Positions 10,750 to 21,656 of a stretch of 64,000 nt of DNA are shown one piece after another. Under the pieces are notes generated by a model. It ran no database searches, was not told where the DNA came from, and saw nothing but the letters and a program-made list of their open reading frames with translations. This DNA comes from Perkinsela sp. CCAP 1560/9 (lineage: Eukaryota > Protista > Euglenozoa: Kinetoplastea): positions 372,001 through 436,000 of the forward strand of contig CBFFSA010000012.1 of NCBI GenBank assembly GCA_965644495.1. Direction: 5' to 3'. The position numbers and the translations under genes are program-made. Every line of letters begins with the position of its first letter. The first letter of the stretch is position 1.

Positions 10750-11559
10750 CAAATTTTCCTTCGAGTCGCTTCGTTTGGTTCATCAACAAGTATGAAGAGC
10801 TACGTCCAGAGGTCCCTGCAAGCACCATCAGAATGGCAATTCCGCAGAAAAATCTAAAAACGTGGCATGAGAACGTTGGTATCTCCCACTGTACCCTGGG
10901 TTTATTCTCTTTTTCCCCTTTATGTCAATGCGATATCGATAAAGCCCATCCTCCCTAGCACACGGTTCAGCCGCGCGCCACCACGAATGCATACCACATC
11001 ATCTTCGGAGGATTCGGACCACAAAACACAGAAAGAAAATAGAAAGGGAAAGGGAAATAAAATCAGTTTCTATGACTTAATGATGTATTCTTTCTATGAC
11101 TTAATTCAAATGTAGTAAATTAAGCATCCATGATTCATGTTGTATGTACTCAGTACAACAAAGTATGTTTGTATGTACTCATGTTGACACATTATAAGGG
11201 CAGACAGATACATGTTAGGGATATATGCTAGGGCAGGCGTCCTTTAGCCGAAATGGGCTACGGCGTTTGTGTAGGCAAAGAAGTGGTAAGGCATGGGGTA
11301 TATACAAGTATAGTGTATAAAAAGGAAAGGGGTATATAAGGTAAGCAGAAAAGGAATATGATTTGAGGATAAATCGTTTATTTCTCTTTCCCAAATAATT
11401 TTTTATCGCATGTGACGACGCTAAACTCAAATATATTTTAAATAAAAAATATATTTTTTTTGTTCTTGGCTACATTTTTATGAGCTTCCGCCCAAATAAT
11501 CTTTTTTGCGTCGATTACTTTCTTTAAGTTTTTTAAACGGAAGCTCGAAAATTTAACGT

Positions 11560-11637
11560 GCCTGTAACACCATAACATGCCTGTAGCACCATAACATGCC
11601 TGTAGCACAATAACATGCCTGTAGCACAATAACATGC
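11560..11637 (+). repeat. 19-bp tandem repeat (gcctgtagcaccataacat x4); x2 copy at 12567..12606
   Basis: Direct reading; followed by ggcatgttaacctgtaacgcc, also seen at ~16915. Confidence 0.85.
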
Positions 11638-11740
11638 CCCCTCGGCATGTTAACCTGTAACGCCTTTTACTAGTTTACTAGTCCAAGCTATGACCAAACT
11701 GTTTCACCGGTAATGTTTTCACGGTAAAATACTTTTATTT

Positions 11741-11982
11741 ATGACTGCTCTTGCTCATCTCCTGAAGCTACATCTTACAATGTTGGCTGTGATCCGCACT
11801 GCCGACTCGCACATGTCTACGTCGCGTCCTTCTAAGGTGAGAAACACAGAACTTCCAGATGAATACAATCTGGAGCGTTTTCTTAGAAATGTGGGGAAGC
11901 AGCATGATTCGTGGAGGGTTGAGAATCCTGTTTCTATCTGGGATGGCGTCACATGTAACATGCTGGACATTGTGCATACAAT
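11741..11982 (+). pseudogene. LRR member 6, truncated after the cap by a Tc1 fragment
   Basis: Near-identical to the 5' part of 12710..13360, then switches to transposase sequence. Confidence 0.88.
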
Positions 11983-11984
11983 GT

Positions 11985-12189
11985 AAATCCAATCGAAAAC
12001 GTTTGGGGGGAACTCAAGCGGCGCCTTGCAGCGCACGATGATCCACCAAGCGGGGTCCGAGAGTTGTGGGAGAGGGTAAAAATGGAATGGGAGAACATAC
12101 CACCCTCACTATGTAGTGCCCAGGTGGACAGTATGCCTGCCCGTATGAAGGCAGTGCTGAAGGCTCGTGGGGTGAATACTAAATACTAA
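11985..12189 (+). mobile_element. Tc1/mariner transposase C-terminal relic
   Basis: Translates NPIENVWGELKRRL...DSMPARMKAVLKARGVNTKY*. Confidence 0.9.
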
Positions 12190-12709
12190 TTTTACGGGCA
12201 TAATCTCTCTTGGGCGATTACGTTTCATCTATTTTTTGGGACAAGATTTTCTCTATAATAGGTAGCAAAAAAACCTTTCGAATGCTAAACTTTTTTATAT
12301 TCATTCTTATTTATTTGGTAGAACGAACTGAGGTGAACTATCTACGGGTACTATTAGGTGACACTCATGCCTACACTACTAGCACACATTACCAGCGCAA
12401 CGGTGATATTTAGTCAATAGCTCTATACAAAAGAAAAAAAACCGAAACATTCGAACGGTTTTTTTGCTTATCTTGGCGATATTTTCATGAGCTTCCGCCC
12501 AAATAATCTTATTTGTGTCGATTGCTCTCTTTAAGTTTTTTAAACGGAAGCTCGAAAATTTAACGTGCCTGTAACACCATAACATGCCTGTAGCGCAATA
12601 ACATGCCCCCTCGGCATGTTAACCTGTAACGCCTTTTACTAGTTTACTAGTCCAAGCTATGACCAAACTGTTTCACCGGTAATGTTTTCACGGTAAAATA
12701 CTTTTATTT

Positions 12710-13360
12710 ATGACTGCTCTTGCTCATCTCCTGAAGCTACATCTTACCACGTTTTCTGTGATCCGCACTGCCGACTCGCATATATCTACGTCGCGTCCTT
12801 CTAAGGTGAGAAACACAGAACTTCCAGATGAATACAATCTGGAGCGTTTTCTTAGAAATGTCGGGAAGCAGCATGATTCGTGGAGGGTTGAGAATCCTGT
12901 TTCTATGTGGGATGGCGTCACATGTAACATGCTGGGCATTGTGCATAGCACATGTATCTCGTGGACAAACCGCGACCTTACTGGAACTTTTCGGTGGGAA
13001 TATATGCCGAAATCGACCGTTGCGTTCGACGTTCAACAAAATAGATTAAGTGGTGAAGTGCGCTTTGAACTTTTACCACCTAGTCTAGAATCGCTCAATT
13101 TAGCTCGGAATATGTTTTTCGGTCCTATTGATCTCAGATTTGCTCCGGGTGCTCTTACGGTGTTTTTCGGTGCGATGAATGAGTTCAGCGGCGAAGTTCT
13201 TCTTGGTAGTTTAAACCAAAACTTTCAGTATTTATACCTAATGAATAATCCGGATCTTAAAGGAACAATTTGCAGATCTGAACTACCCCGTAGGCTTAAA
13301 ACAACTGGAGTACTTCCGGGTCTTGATGTGGGAAGCACGAACATTAAACTAATTCCATAG
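12710..13360 (+). CDS. Small LRR-only protein, member 7
   Basis: IRTAD..RPSKVRNTELPDEYNL leader, LRRs; near-identical to 28695..29339. Confidence 0.9.
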   Translation: MTALAHLLKLHLTTFSVIRTADSHISTSRPSKVRNTELPDEYNLERFLRNVGKQHDSWRVENPVSMWDGVTCNMLGIVHSTCISWTNRDLTGTFRWEYMPKSTVAFDVQQNRLSGEVRFELLPPSLESLNLARNMFFGPIDLRFAPGALTVFFGAMNEFSGEVLLGSLNQNFQYLYLMNNPDLKGTICRSELPRRLKTTGVLPGLDVGSTNIKLIP

Positions 13361-13434
13361 AAGATTTTCACATCGATATATGAGTTTCTATTATTGCGGA
13401 GCCTAGAATTGAAAAAAAGAGTGAATACGTCCAG

Positions 13435-13507
13435 ATTGCGATGGTTGTATAACTACCGCTCTACCCTCGATTACTGAAAAAACAAATGAACAAAAACAGT
13501 GAAAATA
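13435..13507 (-). mobile_element. Family A terminal fragment
   Basis: attgcgatggttgtataactaccgctctaccctcga is the reverse complement of the family A small-hairpin end. Confidence 0.8.
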
Positions 13508-13669
13508 CTCCCCCTTTCATAATTCTTTCATAATTATAAAGATACAGTTTCTGTACCTTGTTGGTACATTTTGCTAGCCCTTCCTTTCTTTTCCCGGAAA
13601 CGGGCATACATTTTCCTTTTAAATGCCCGTTTCCGGCTGACGGCTAGCAGGGACTGTCCCTCTTGTCGT

Positions 13670-14100
13670 GGAAGTAGGAGACGTACCTCCGACTTTTCAC
13701 CCCTCCCCGGCTCACTCCTTGAGTGAGTTTTCTTCCCTCCCCGGCTTTCTTCTTCTCGCGCCTGTCTCTTCCCGGGAGCTATGCGCCATGGTGGCCTCCC
13801 TTGAGGACCACTGGGCGTGACTCTGCCTCGCATAATCGCGAGGCAGCGGTCGGTTGCAGTGCGCCCCTCCGGCTGCGTAAAGAGGTGGTGAGTTGCCTGG
13901 ACCACCTCTACCGACTGGGACCGAGTCGGTTGCAGTACGCCCCTCCGGCTGCGTAAAGAGAGGGCGAGTTTCCTGGACTCCCTCTACCGACCGAGTCCGT
14001 GTCGAACCCCCTTTGGCGACATCCGTTGTGGGCAGATTATGTGCCGATGATATCGGCCGTCGCATTAAGGGGATTATCTCTGCGCCAAAGAGCGCATGAT
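13670..14100. mobile_element. Structured non-coding element family B, copy 2
   Basis: 50-nt block 13770-13819 identical to 2067-2116; homologous 3' domain; different centre made of two ~75-nt tandem modules. Confidence 0.8.
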
Positions 14101-14221
14101 AAACAACGTTCTTAATTAGCGTTCCCTTAATTGGCGTTCCCTTATTTAATCTGTCTTTTAATTAATGTTTCCACGGTATTATCATTACGTCACTTAGGCA
14201 CGATATTAAACACTAACAACA

Positions 14222-14776
14222 ATGTTCGTCGCTCTCTTCACTCTGTGGGTAACAATACCGCCTCAACTTTATTTTGAGGACACAGCACCTCAGTTATCTC
14301 GACTAGGCAAACCCCTTGCGGCTATGTTGCCCGAAGAAGTTTTGCTTGTTCAATTTATTTCCAATCTCACCAACACAGACCGTAGTTGGCGAGCGACGAA
14401 GAAAAATATATTTCACAAGACAAAAGTTGTGTCAGCTTGCACGTGGAGGGGTGTGCAATGTACCTCGGAGCCCAGAGTACAAGGATTGTGGTGGAATTAC
14501 TTCAATCTGTCTGGAGAGCCAAACTGGCATTTTCTTCCGGCACATCTTCGTGATATTGATTTATCGTTTAATAGATTGACCGGGGAAGTGCCATTTTCTA
14601 TTCTTCCACCGACCATACGGATACTTTATTTACAGAATAACCAGTTTGTTGGTGAATTGCGCTTAAAAGAGCTTCCGTTTGGTTTGCGGAGTGTGCAGTT
14701 GCAAAACAACGAATTCATCAAAAGCAAGGGCTTCGCAGACGAATGTCCGGAATCTCTCATGGATCTTCAGTACTGA
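14222..14776 (+). CDS. Small LRR-only protein, member 8
   Basis: Paralog of 9443..9997. Confidence 0.88.
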   Translation: MFVALFTLWVTIPPQLYFEDTAPQLSRLGKPLAAMLPEEVLLVQFISNLTNTDRSWRATKKNIFHKTKVVSACTWRGVQCTSEPRVQGLWWNYFNLSGEPNWHFLPAHLRDIDLSFNRLTGEVPFSILPPTIRILYLQNNQFVGELRLKELPFGLRSVQLQNNEFIKSKGFADECPESLMDLQY

Positions 14777-14846
14777 AGTCATGAGCCCGTATCATGAAAA
14801 GTCAAAAATAAATGGATCTATTGACGCAAACCGGGGGTGCAGACTA

Positions 14847-15811
14847 CTCCTTCTCCCATAAGTAATTATAATTTCATCTTTGGAGACCTGAAATTTGTAT
14901 TTATAATTACTTATGATTTATAATTTTGTGCACGGAATTTATAATTTATAAGTCCTATCCACGAGAAAAGTTTCGTCGACTATTAATAAATTTGATGTCA
15001 AAAAATACATGTGAAAATTTGAGACATTTGAGAATTGACTCCTCTCACCCACCTTTTTCCACACGCGCCCCATCTAACAATCACCAGGCCATGTTCCTTT
15101 AATATTTCACGTTTGACAGTGTTTCCGTCTACTATCATGAATTTTAATTTTAGCAATCGCTCCTGACTTGGCGCTCCTGACCTGGCTAGGTTTGCCTGGG
15201 TTTGCATTTTACTGGTTTCAGCCCTCTTAAAAATGCGGGACCCGAAGTGGGAGGCTTTTATATGCGGGACCCGCAGTAGGAGAGAGCGGCCCGTCTCCGG
15301 TACGTGGTCGCCCCGACCTCGGAGCCCAAGCTCCAGTTCTTGAGCTGTCCCATACGTTGTGGATGGCCGAGGCCAATAAACGGCGCACTCACGACGAGAT
15401 GGCGCTCGTTAGGGGGATGGAATTCCACCCCCTGGCCTTCACCACGTAATGTATGAGATCCCGGGCCCGGAGACCTTAACTTTCCTCAACAAGTCCGATA
15501 AAATGGGCTCACAAGTCCGATAAAAACGGTTGTCTATCGCACCTCGCGATGGCCTTGGGAGTGGCCATTCAGAGGAGAAATGCCCAGATCGTGCAGGCGG
15601 CTGTACAAGACTGGTGCCTCTGCGGTGTACGCGGGTAGCTGGATGGGGGGTTTAAGGGGGAAAACATTGAGATACAATTTCAAAATATTTTTATAAGATA
15701 CATTTTTTTCGTACAACGACCATAAGTAATTATAATTATAATGTAGTAGTTATAATTTATAAATTCAAAAAAGTTATAATTTATAATTATATTTACTTAT
15801 GAGAGGCGCAG
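14847..15811. mobile_element. TA-flanked TIR element with GC-rich structured core
   Basis: TA|ctccttctcccataagtaattataatt ... aattatatttacttatgagaggcgcag|TA imperfect TIRs. Confidence 0.55.
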
Positions 15812-16171
15812 TAGTTATATTGCAGTCGCAAAAAGGGTTCTAATTTTATTTTCTATTTCATTATGAATAAGGTACCCGCAAATAATGCATATCATATAAA
15901 GAGCATTTAAAATGGTATTTAGCCTTTTTTTACATTTCTATCCTTTACATTCTCATGACTTTCATAAAATTCCACACAGCCTACATGCTTTCAAAAAGTA
16001 TTGTCTAATAAGGGCTCGATGAGAGTAAACGTTTCGCTTTCATACCCGCTTGTAGATTCGTTGTCAACATGTATAGAGCTACTTGGTGAAGCAATAACTT
16101 CGGAGTCTAGTTCTTCACCTTCTTCATCGCGGAGAATTTGTTTTGTGGGATGTCCCGGTCTTTGGTACCTA

Positions 16172-16450
16172 CCGTAGACCCCCCAGTAATAGAATCGATT
16201 TTGGGTCAAAATGGACAAATCCTTGTTACTGGGGGGGTATGCTTTTTGGGTGAGAAAAGACATTTTTTGTACATGAGAGCGTTGATTTTCAGCCCATCCA
16301 ACCCCGCAACCACGCCATTCGCTCCCTCGCAACCGCCCTCACCCCGCCCAAACACCCCCTCCCCCCTCCAACGACCCTCCCGAGCCAAATCCTTGTTACT
16401 GGGGGTCAGCCGAAAAAGGGTCAAATCCTTGTTACTGGGGGGGTCTACGG
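16172..16450. mobile_element. pogo/Tc1-type MITE (TA TSD); truncated relative at ~116..194
   Basis: TA|ccgtagaccccccagtaa ... ttactggggggtctacgg|TA. Confidence 0.85.
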
Positions 16451-16738
16451 TATTATATTACTGTGTTCCTCTTTATAGTTTCACTGTTTTTGTTCACTTT
16501 TTTTTCTATAATCGAGGGTAGAGCGGTAGTTTTACAACCACCGCAATATCCTATCATTTTCCTATCATTTTCTTGTTTTAGATCTTATCCTATCATTTTC
16601 AGTTTTGGACCACCGGAGCCCCCTTTTATAAATTTTTCTTCTATTATATTACTGTTTTCCTCTATATATTTCCACTGTTTTCGTTCACCTTTTTTTCAAT
16701 GATCGAGGGTAGAGCGGTAGTTATACAACCACCGCAAT
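16451..16738 (+). mobile_element. Two tandem family A terminal fragments
   Basis: gagggtagagcggtagtt.tacaaccaccgcaat ending at ~16547 and ~16738. Confidence 0.85.
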
Positions 16739-16757
16739 AATTATTAATGAGGGGGAG

Positions 16758-16940
16758 TAGTGCAGTGGGTAGAACACGGGGCTCGTGATCGGGTGGACGC
16801 GGGTTCGACTCCCGGTCGTTACAGTTTCACAACACGCGGGTCTGAGCCATTCGCGACGTCGTTAGTCCCAAAACCACTGGAGCGGGATTGTAGCACTATA
16901 ACATGCCCCCCGGGCATGTTAACCTGTAACGCCGTTTACG
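16758..16940 (+). mobile_element. tRNA-derived SINE-like element (Pol III A/B boxes)
   Basis: tagtgcagtgggtag (A box) and ggttcgactcc (B box) at tRNA spacing, unpaired anticodon stem; 3' part repeated at ~11620 and ~12590. Confidence 0.6.
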
Positions 16941-17257
16941 AAAAATAAATTTTTAAAAATGACCAAGGGCAGGGGGCTATCACGTGACATATCCTCTCTA
17001 AAACTGTCAAAAGCGGATATGTCACGTGGTAAAAGTGACAAAGTTTTAGTGGCGAACACACGAAGAAGCTCGACGTTTACCGAGCTGGGTTGTCTATACT
17101 CAGTTAGTGTATCGGGGAACACAGTAAACTGTGCAGGGCTTTGCTATTTTGTTTAGTGAAATCTCTTAGATGCAATGTATCTTCAAATCAAACCTTATTT
17201 ACAACACTGTCTCCATCCACTTTTTAGTATTTTCTGAAGACCCTAACACGATTCTTT

Positions 17258-18064
17258 ATGCCTTTTTTTGCGATTCGATCTGTGGACGAAACGAAGTCGT
17301 CCTTTACGGGAACTCGCGCACGACTCGGAAAAGCGCGTGCATCATTATCCCAGGAATATTTCCTTGCCCAATTCATTTCCAATTTCACGAATTTAGATTC
17401 CTCGTGGAACGTCAATATTCCCGTTTGTAATTGGGTTGGAATCGATTGCATACGCGAAGGAGAGGTTGCGCATATTTATTGGTCAATACATCGTCTTTAT
17501 GGTATCCCACAGTGGAATTCTCTGCCATGTACACTCCAACATCTGTATCTTGATACCAACAAATTGTCCGGAACAATCCACATGGAGGACTTGCCTCGTC
17601 AGATTGCATGCGTCAATGTGGGTGGGAATTTATTTTCCGGGGAAGTGGATCTCTTTTTTCTGTCGGATACAATGCGATCGCTTTGTATTCTTTATAACAG
17701 TTTTGAAGGCCCACTTGACGTCACACGCCTCCCTCAGAACTTCAAAGTCTTAGATGCGAGCTCGAATCAGTTTACCGGACGACTTAATCTTTTACATCTT
17801 CCGCCGGTTATGGAACGTATCGCCGTTTCTAATAACGACTTCAGTGGTTCCGTTGATTTAGATCATCTGCCTTGTGATCTTTCTTTGTTTGATATTTCGA
17901 ATAATCCAAATCTTTTCGGTACGTATCGTCCTTCAACTCTTCCAGCTCATTTACGGGAGCGAAGCCTTTTGTTCATACTCTTTGTTTATGCGATTGACGA
18001 GGATACGTTTCGGGTGAAAGGTACAAAGCTTGCAAAGGCTGTTGACCGGACTTGTTGCATTTGA
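17258..18064 (+). CDS. Small LRR-only protein, member 9
   Basis: RLGKARASLSQEYFL leader, VCNWVGIDC cap, LRRs. Confidence 0.9.
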   Translation: MPFFAIRSVDETKSSFTGTRARLGKARASLSQEYFLAQFISNFTNLDSSWNVNIPVCNWVGIDCIREGEVAHIYWSIHRLYGIPQWNSLPCTLQHLYLDTNKLSGTIHMEDLPRQIACVNVGGNLFSGEVDLFFLSDTMRSLCILYNSFEGPLDVTRLPQNFKVLDASSNQFTGRLNLLHLPPVMERIAVSNNDFSGSVDLDHLPCDLSLFDISNNPNLFGTYRPSTLPAHLRERSLLFILFVYAIDEDTFRVKGTKLAKAVDRTCCI

Positions 18065-18594
18065 CGTTATCGCCCGAACGTTTGCTTACAGGGACCGTAG
18101 CATTTCTTTCATTGAGCTTTACTTTTACAGTTTCTTGTGGTAGATACGGAGGTATTTAACTCGTCTACTTAACGCCCCTACGTGCAGTGACGGCCGATGC
18201 AATTCTCCCTTTCTGGTTTTGGAAAGAAATGCGTCTTTTACTATTCTGCATGGCTCTTTCAAATCACAAGTAAGGTGAATCAAATCGAATCACAATTAAA
18301 GTGCAGATTGTTTCCTAAAAACAACGGAGCGAATCAAAGGCTGGTGAATTTCAGTTTGAAACTGATCAAAGGAGACAATGATTTTGTTGGAAAGGGGACA
18401 ATGGTTTGGTTGCGATGTTAGCATCTGGAGTTAGGTCCATGCATCATAATATTGTTCATGTAAATCATAGAACTCATTTTGCATATAATGATTATAATTA
18501 ATGAATATGATGAATTATAATGATTATAATCCAGCTATCTTTTTTTTAAGAAGAAGAAGCGCTCTTTCGCCATATCAATAATATCTTCCCTAAC

Positions 18595-19206
18595 ATGGAT
18601 TCCTCAATTGCGTCACGCCCGAGTAAAGTGCGGGGCTCTTTTCTCCCAGAGGAGTACGAACTAACTCGCCTAATCGAAAATATTACGATCCCTCTTAAAA
18701 CATGGAACGATGCCACGCCAGCGTGCAAATGGGATCACGTCGTATGTAACGATCATGAAAGAGTGACAGAATTGCTCTGGTCTGTTGTATACACTCGAGG
18801 GACACTTTCAGGTACCTTACAGTGGCATCATCTCCCGAAAGCAATACGTGGTGTATTTCTACAGGGTAACTATTTTAGAAACGAAATAAAGGGGTCGATT
18901 GACGTTTCTACATTCCCACAGACGTTACAAAGATTTAGTGTTGCGACCGGTCGTTTTTCCGGGACTATCGATTTTTCAACTCTTCCTATCTCGTTGATAT
19001 CACTGAATTTGTCCTACAATTTTTTTACAGGACTCGTTGATGCTACATGTCTGCCTCCGAAGATTATCGAAATTAAGCTGAACGATAATATTTTTTTGGG
19101 CACACCGGATCTTTCGAGACTGCCAAATAGTTTGAAATTTTTCGCAATTTCTCACACGCATCTGGCTTTGCCGGACGGCACAGTTCCCGAATGTATGAGT
19201 GTGTAA
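18595..19206 (+). CDS. Small LRR-only protein, member 10
   Basis: RPSKVRGSFLPEEYEL leader, cap, LRRs. Confidence 0.9.
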   Translation: MDSSIASRPSKVRGSFLPEEYELTRLIENITIPLKTWNDATPACKWDHVVCNDHERVTELLWSVVYTRGTLSGTLQWHHLPKAIRGVFLQGNYFRNEIKGSIDVSTFPQTLQRFSVATGRFSGTIDFSTLPISLISLNLSYNFFTGLVDATCLPPKIIEIKLNDNIFLGTPDLSRLPNSLKFFAISHTHLALPDGTVPECMSV

Positions 19207-19367
19207 CATGCCGTCTTCGTGATGTTTTTTTTTCGACGTCGAAGTCACTCCTGTTGCGCGCCTCTCGGTGAAAACAACCTCTGTGTTTATTTTTTCTCCC
19301 TAATCTTTAAGAACAATCCGCTCGGCTTTCTTGTTCAGTAGAAATTAATCATTTTGTTAATAAAAAT

Positions 19368-19947
19368 GGAGGATTAGTACCTAAATTTGGCAAAAAAATA
19401 TTTTTTATATACACTTTTAATGTTCTTCTAAATCCCTTTATAAGTACCTTAGGTCATCTTTTTTCACTTTTGACACTTGCACACGTCTTCATAGCATTAA
19501 AAGCTTAGAAAAGACTGACGGATGGCGTGCGAGCTTGGCACTCAGTTCCCTTGTGAACTACAATTTTGTAAACCATCGAGTAGAGTGGGTTACGAGCGAA
19601 GGTGTTTCTACGAACACCGTAGAAAGCATGAACAACCAGTTAAAGGTTGAACTAAAGTGTCGAGCTAACAGACTAGGAATTGAAGACGACGATCGGGAAG
19701 AAAAAATGAAATTCCTCACGGAGTGCGTGAACGGAAAGTTGAAAGTAAACGGCGGGTCTAGATTTCGACGTATTTTGGCAGACATCCGTCTCTTTTGTGA
19801 ATCTGTGGTGATGCAAAAAGAAAGAATGGGCCAAAAAAGGTCGAGGAAGTGATTAAAAGATAGATGTAGTCATGTAACGAGAAGCACGAAGAATTCGAGA
19901 ATAAATTTAGGAAAAAAAAAATTGCGCAATTTAGGTACTAATTGTCC
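19368..19947 (+). mobile_element. Merlin (IS1595/ISXO2-like) deletion derivative with transposase remnant
   Basis: TIRs ggaggattagtacctaaatt / aatttaggtactaattgtcc; perfect 8-bp TSD ataaaaat; peptide TDGWRA..VNH..WV..EGVSTNTVES. Confidence 0.88.
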
Positions 19948-20056
19948 ATAAAAATATTATTCGCTTTAATAGTACGTTGTAAATTGCATCACCCATATAC
20001 GAATCGGTTTACACATATCGAATGACTTTTGCCCACCCCATACAAAATCCTCCTTT

Positions 20057-20911
20057 ATGCACTTCACGACACGAATACGTCAAGCGCAGCTCGCAGACAC
20101 ACAACTACCCGTGACAAACGAACAAAACAAAGGAGACATCATCGCAAGTGATGAGGCAACAGGTGAAGTCCGTCGTACCGCGAAGGTACGAGGAGCAAAA
20201 CTACCACAGGAATACGAACTTGTGGGATTCGTTGAAAACATTGAAAATCCGCATCTCTCCTGGAACACCTCGATACCGGCATGTCAGTGGAACGGTATAG
20301 AGTGCAATCATGAAGGTCGTGTGACGCGCATAGACTAGGGTATGATGAGCTATGCGGGTTCATTACGCTGGGAACGGTTACCTCGATCAGTGATGGAAAT
20401 TGTGCTATGTTCCAATGCGTTGTCTGGGACTCTTCCGTTCAATCTACAGAATAATTTATTTAGCGGTCACCTGGAGTTTAGTCAGCTACCGCATCGATTA
20501 GATAAGATTAATTTGGGTCAGAATATGTTTGAAGGGGGGATAGATTTGTGCCACTTACCTTCGCGTTTGGTCTCGTTGTCAATCTACTCAATGAAGAGCG
20601 TTGAAAAATTTTATGGTGATGTTGAACTCCATTGTCTCCCTCAAACTATTCGATTTCTTAATTTATCTGGAAACAGATTCAGTGGAGCTCTTGACCTGGA
20701 GCATTTGCCGCCTTCCTTGGCATACTTCAGTTTCAAAGACAATTGTTTTAAAGGCTTAGTACGGCTTCGCAACCTTCCTCCAAATATGAGGCTACTCACT
20801 CTCGATAAAAATGATGAACTTTATGGTGAAATTGATTTTGTGCGTCTCCCCGCGTCTCTTACACTGCGCGTCGAAAACACAAGGATAAATATCATAAATC
20901 AAAATGAGTAA
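20057..20911 (+). pseudogene. LRR member 11 with in-frame TAG at conserved Trp (20336-20338)
   Basis: VTRID*GMM aligns with VTRICWGSM of member 12; also a partial-repeat deletion (GTLPFNLQNN). Confidence 0.8.
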
Positions 20912-21656
20912 TTTTGAAATTTGCCAACCATTTTCGAAAAGACAACATTATTTTTATTAGTCCTTGTGGCTTCAATAGAGCCCGTGCAAGTGTGGCTGGC
21001 ACTGGCTGGCACAAGTTGGGACTGTCTTGCAGTAGCAGTATGCATGGGGTCCCATACAAAGCTACCTGTAACGAACTTCAGCTTCACTTTTTTAAAGTTT
21101 CAATTATACACTAAGGGGTTCACTTGTACCCATACCTCTGGAAACATTGCTATATTTTTACTTTATAAAAATCTACTGCGCTATACAGTAAAAGTCACAA
21201 TTCTGAGAATGGCCAGTTGCACGTTACCGCGTACAAAAACACTTTTTTTGCGAATTTTGGTCACTATTCTCAGACCTGTCGCATGTTGGCAGCTCTCTTT
21301 TTGGTAAAGATTGAATGGATTCTCATTTTTCCACCAGGCTAAAGTGAGCGAGGGAGATGCGAAGAGTATACAGGGGGGGGGGGGGGCACAAAAACTGTTA
21401 CACCTTCCATTTTTGGTTCATGTGACCGTTTTGGCTATTTTTTGTTGCATTTTGCAGAGAGGGTTGCATAAACATAGAAATATTGCATAACCATCTAAAT
21501 ACGTTCCCTAGAACTTCAATACAATAGTGGAAAAAATCACTCCAATCTAGACTCGAACACCCCTCTTCTGTTGGGTGAAAAGGACGATTGGGTCAAAAAT
21601 CACACTACCTATACCTTCGTAACATGCCGGAAGGTGCTGTACCCCCCCGTTTATAA

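Noticed and set aside
15288-15476. SRP (7SL) RNA
   Set aside because: Similar branching but no GNRA-capped helix 8 / SRP54 motif on either strand
13506-16759. Single Pack-type transposon carrying LRR member 8 (tactccccct ... agggggagta)
   Set aside because: Only ~10 bp match and the two flanks belong to different elements, so they do not rejoin into one empty site
16751-16823. Functional tRNA gene
   Set aside because: Acceptor and anticodon stems do not pair; treated as a SINE-like head
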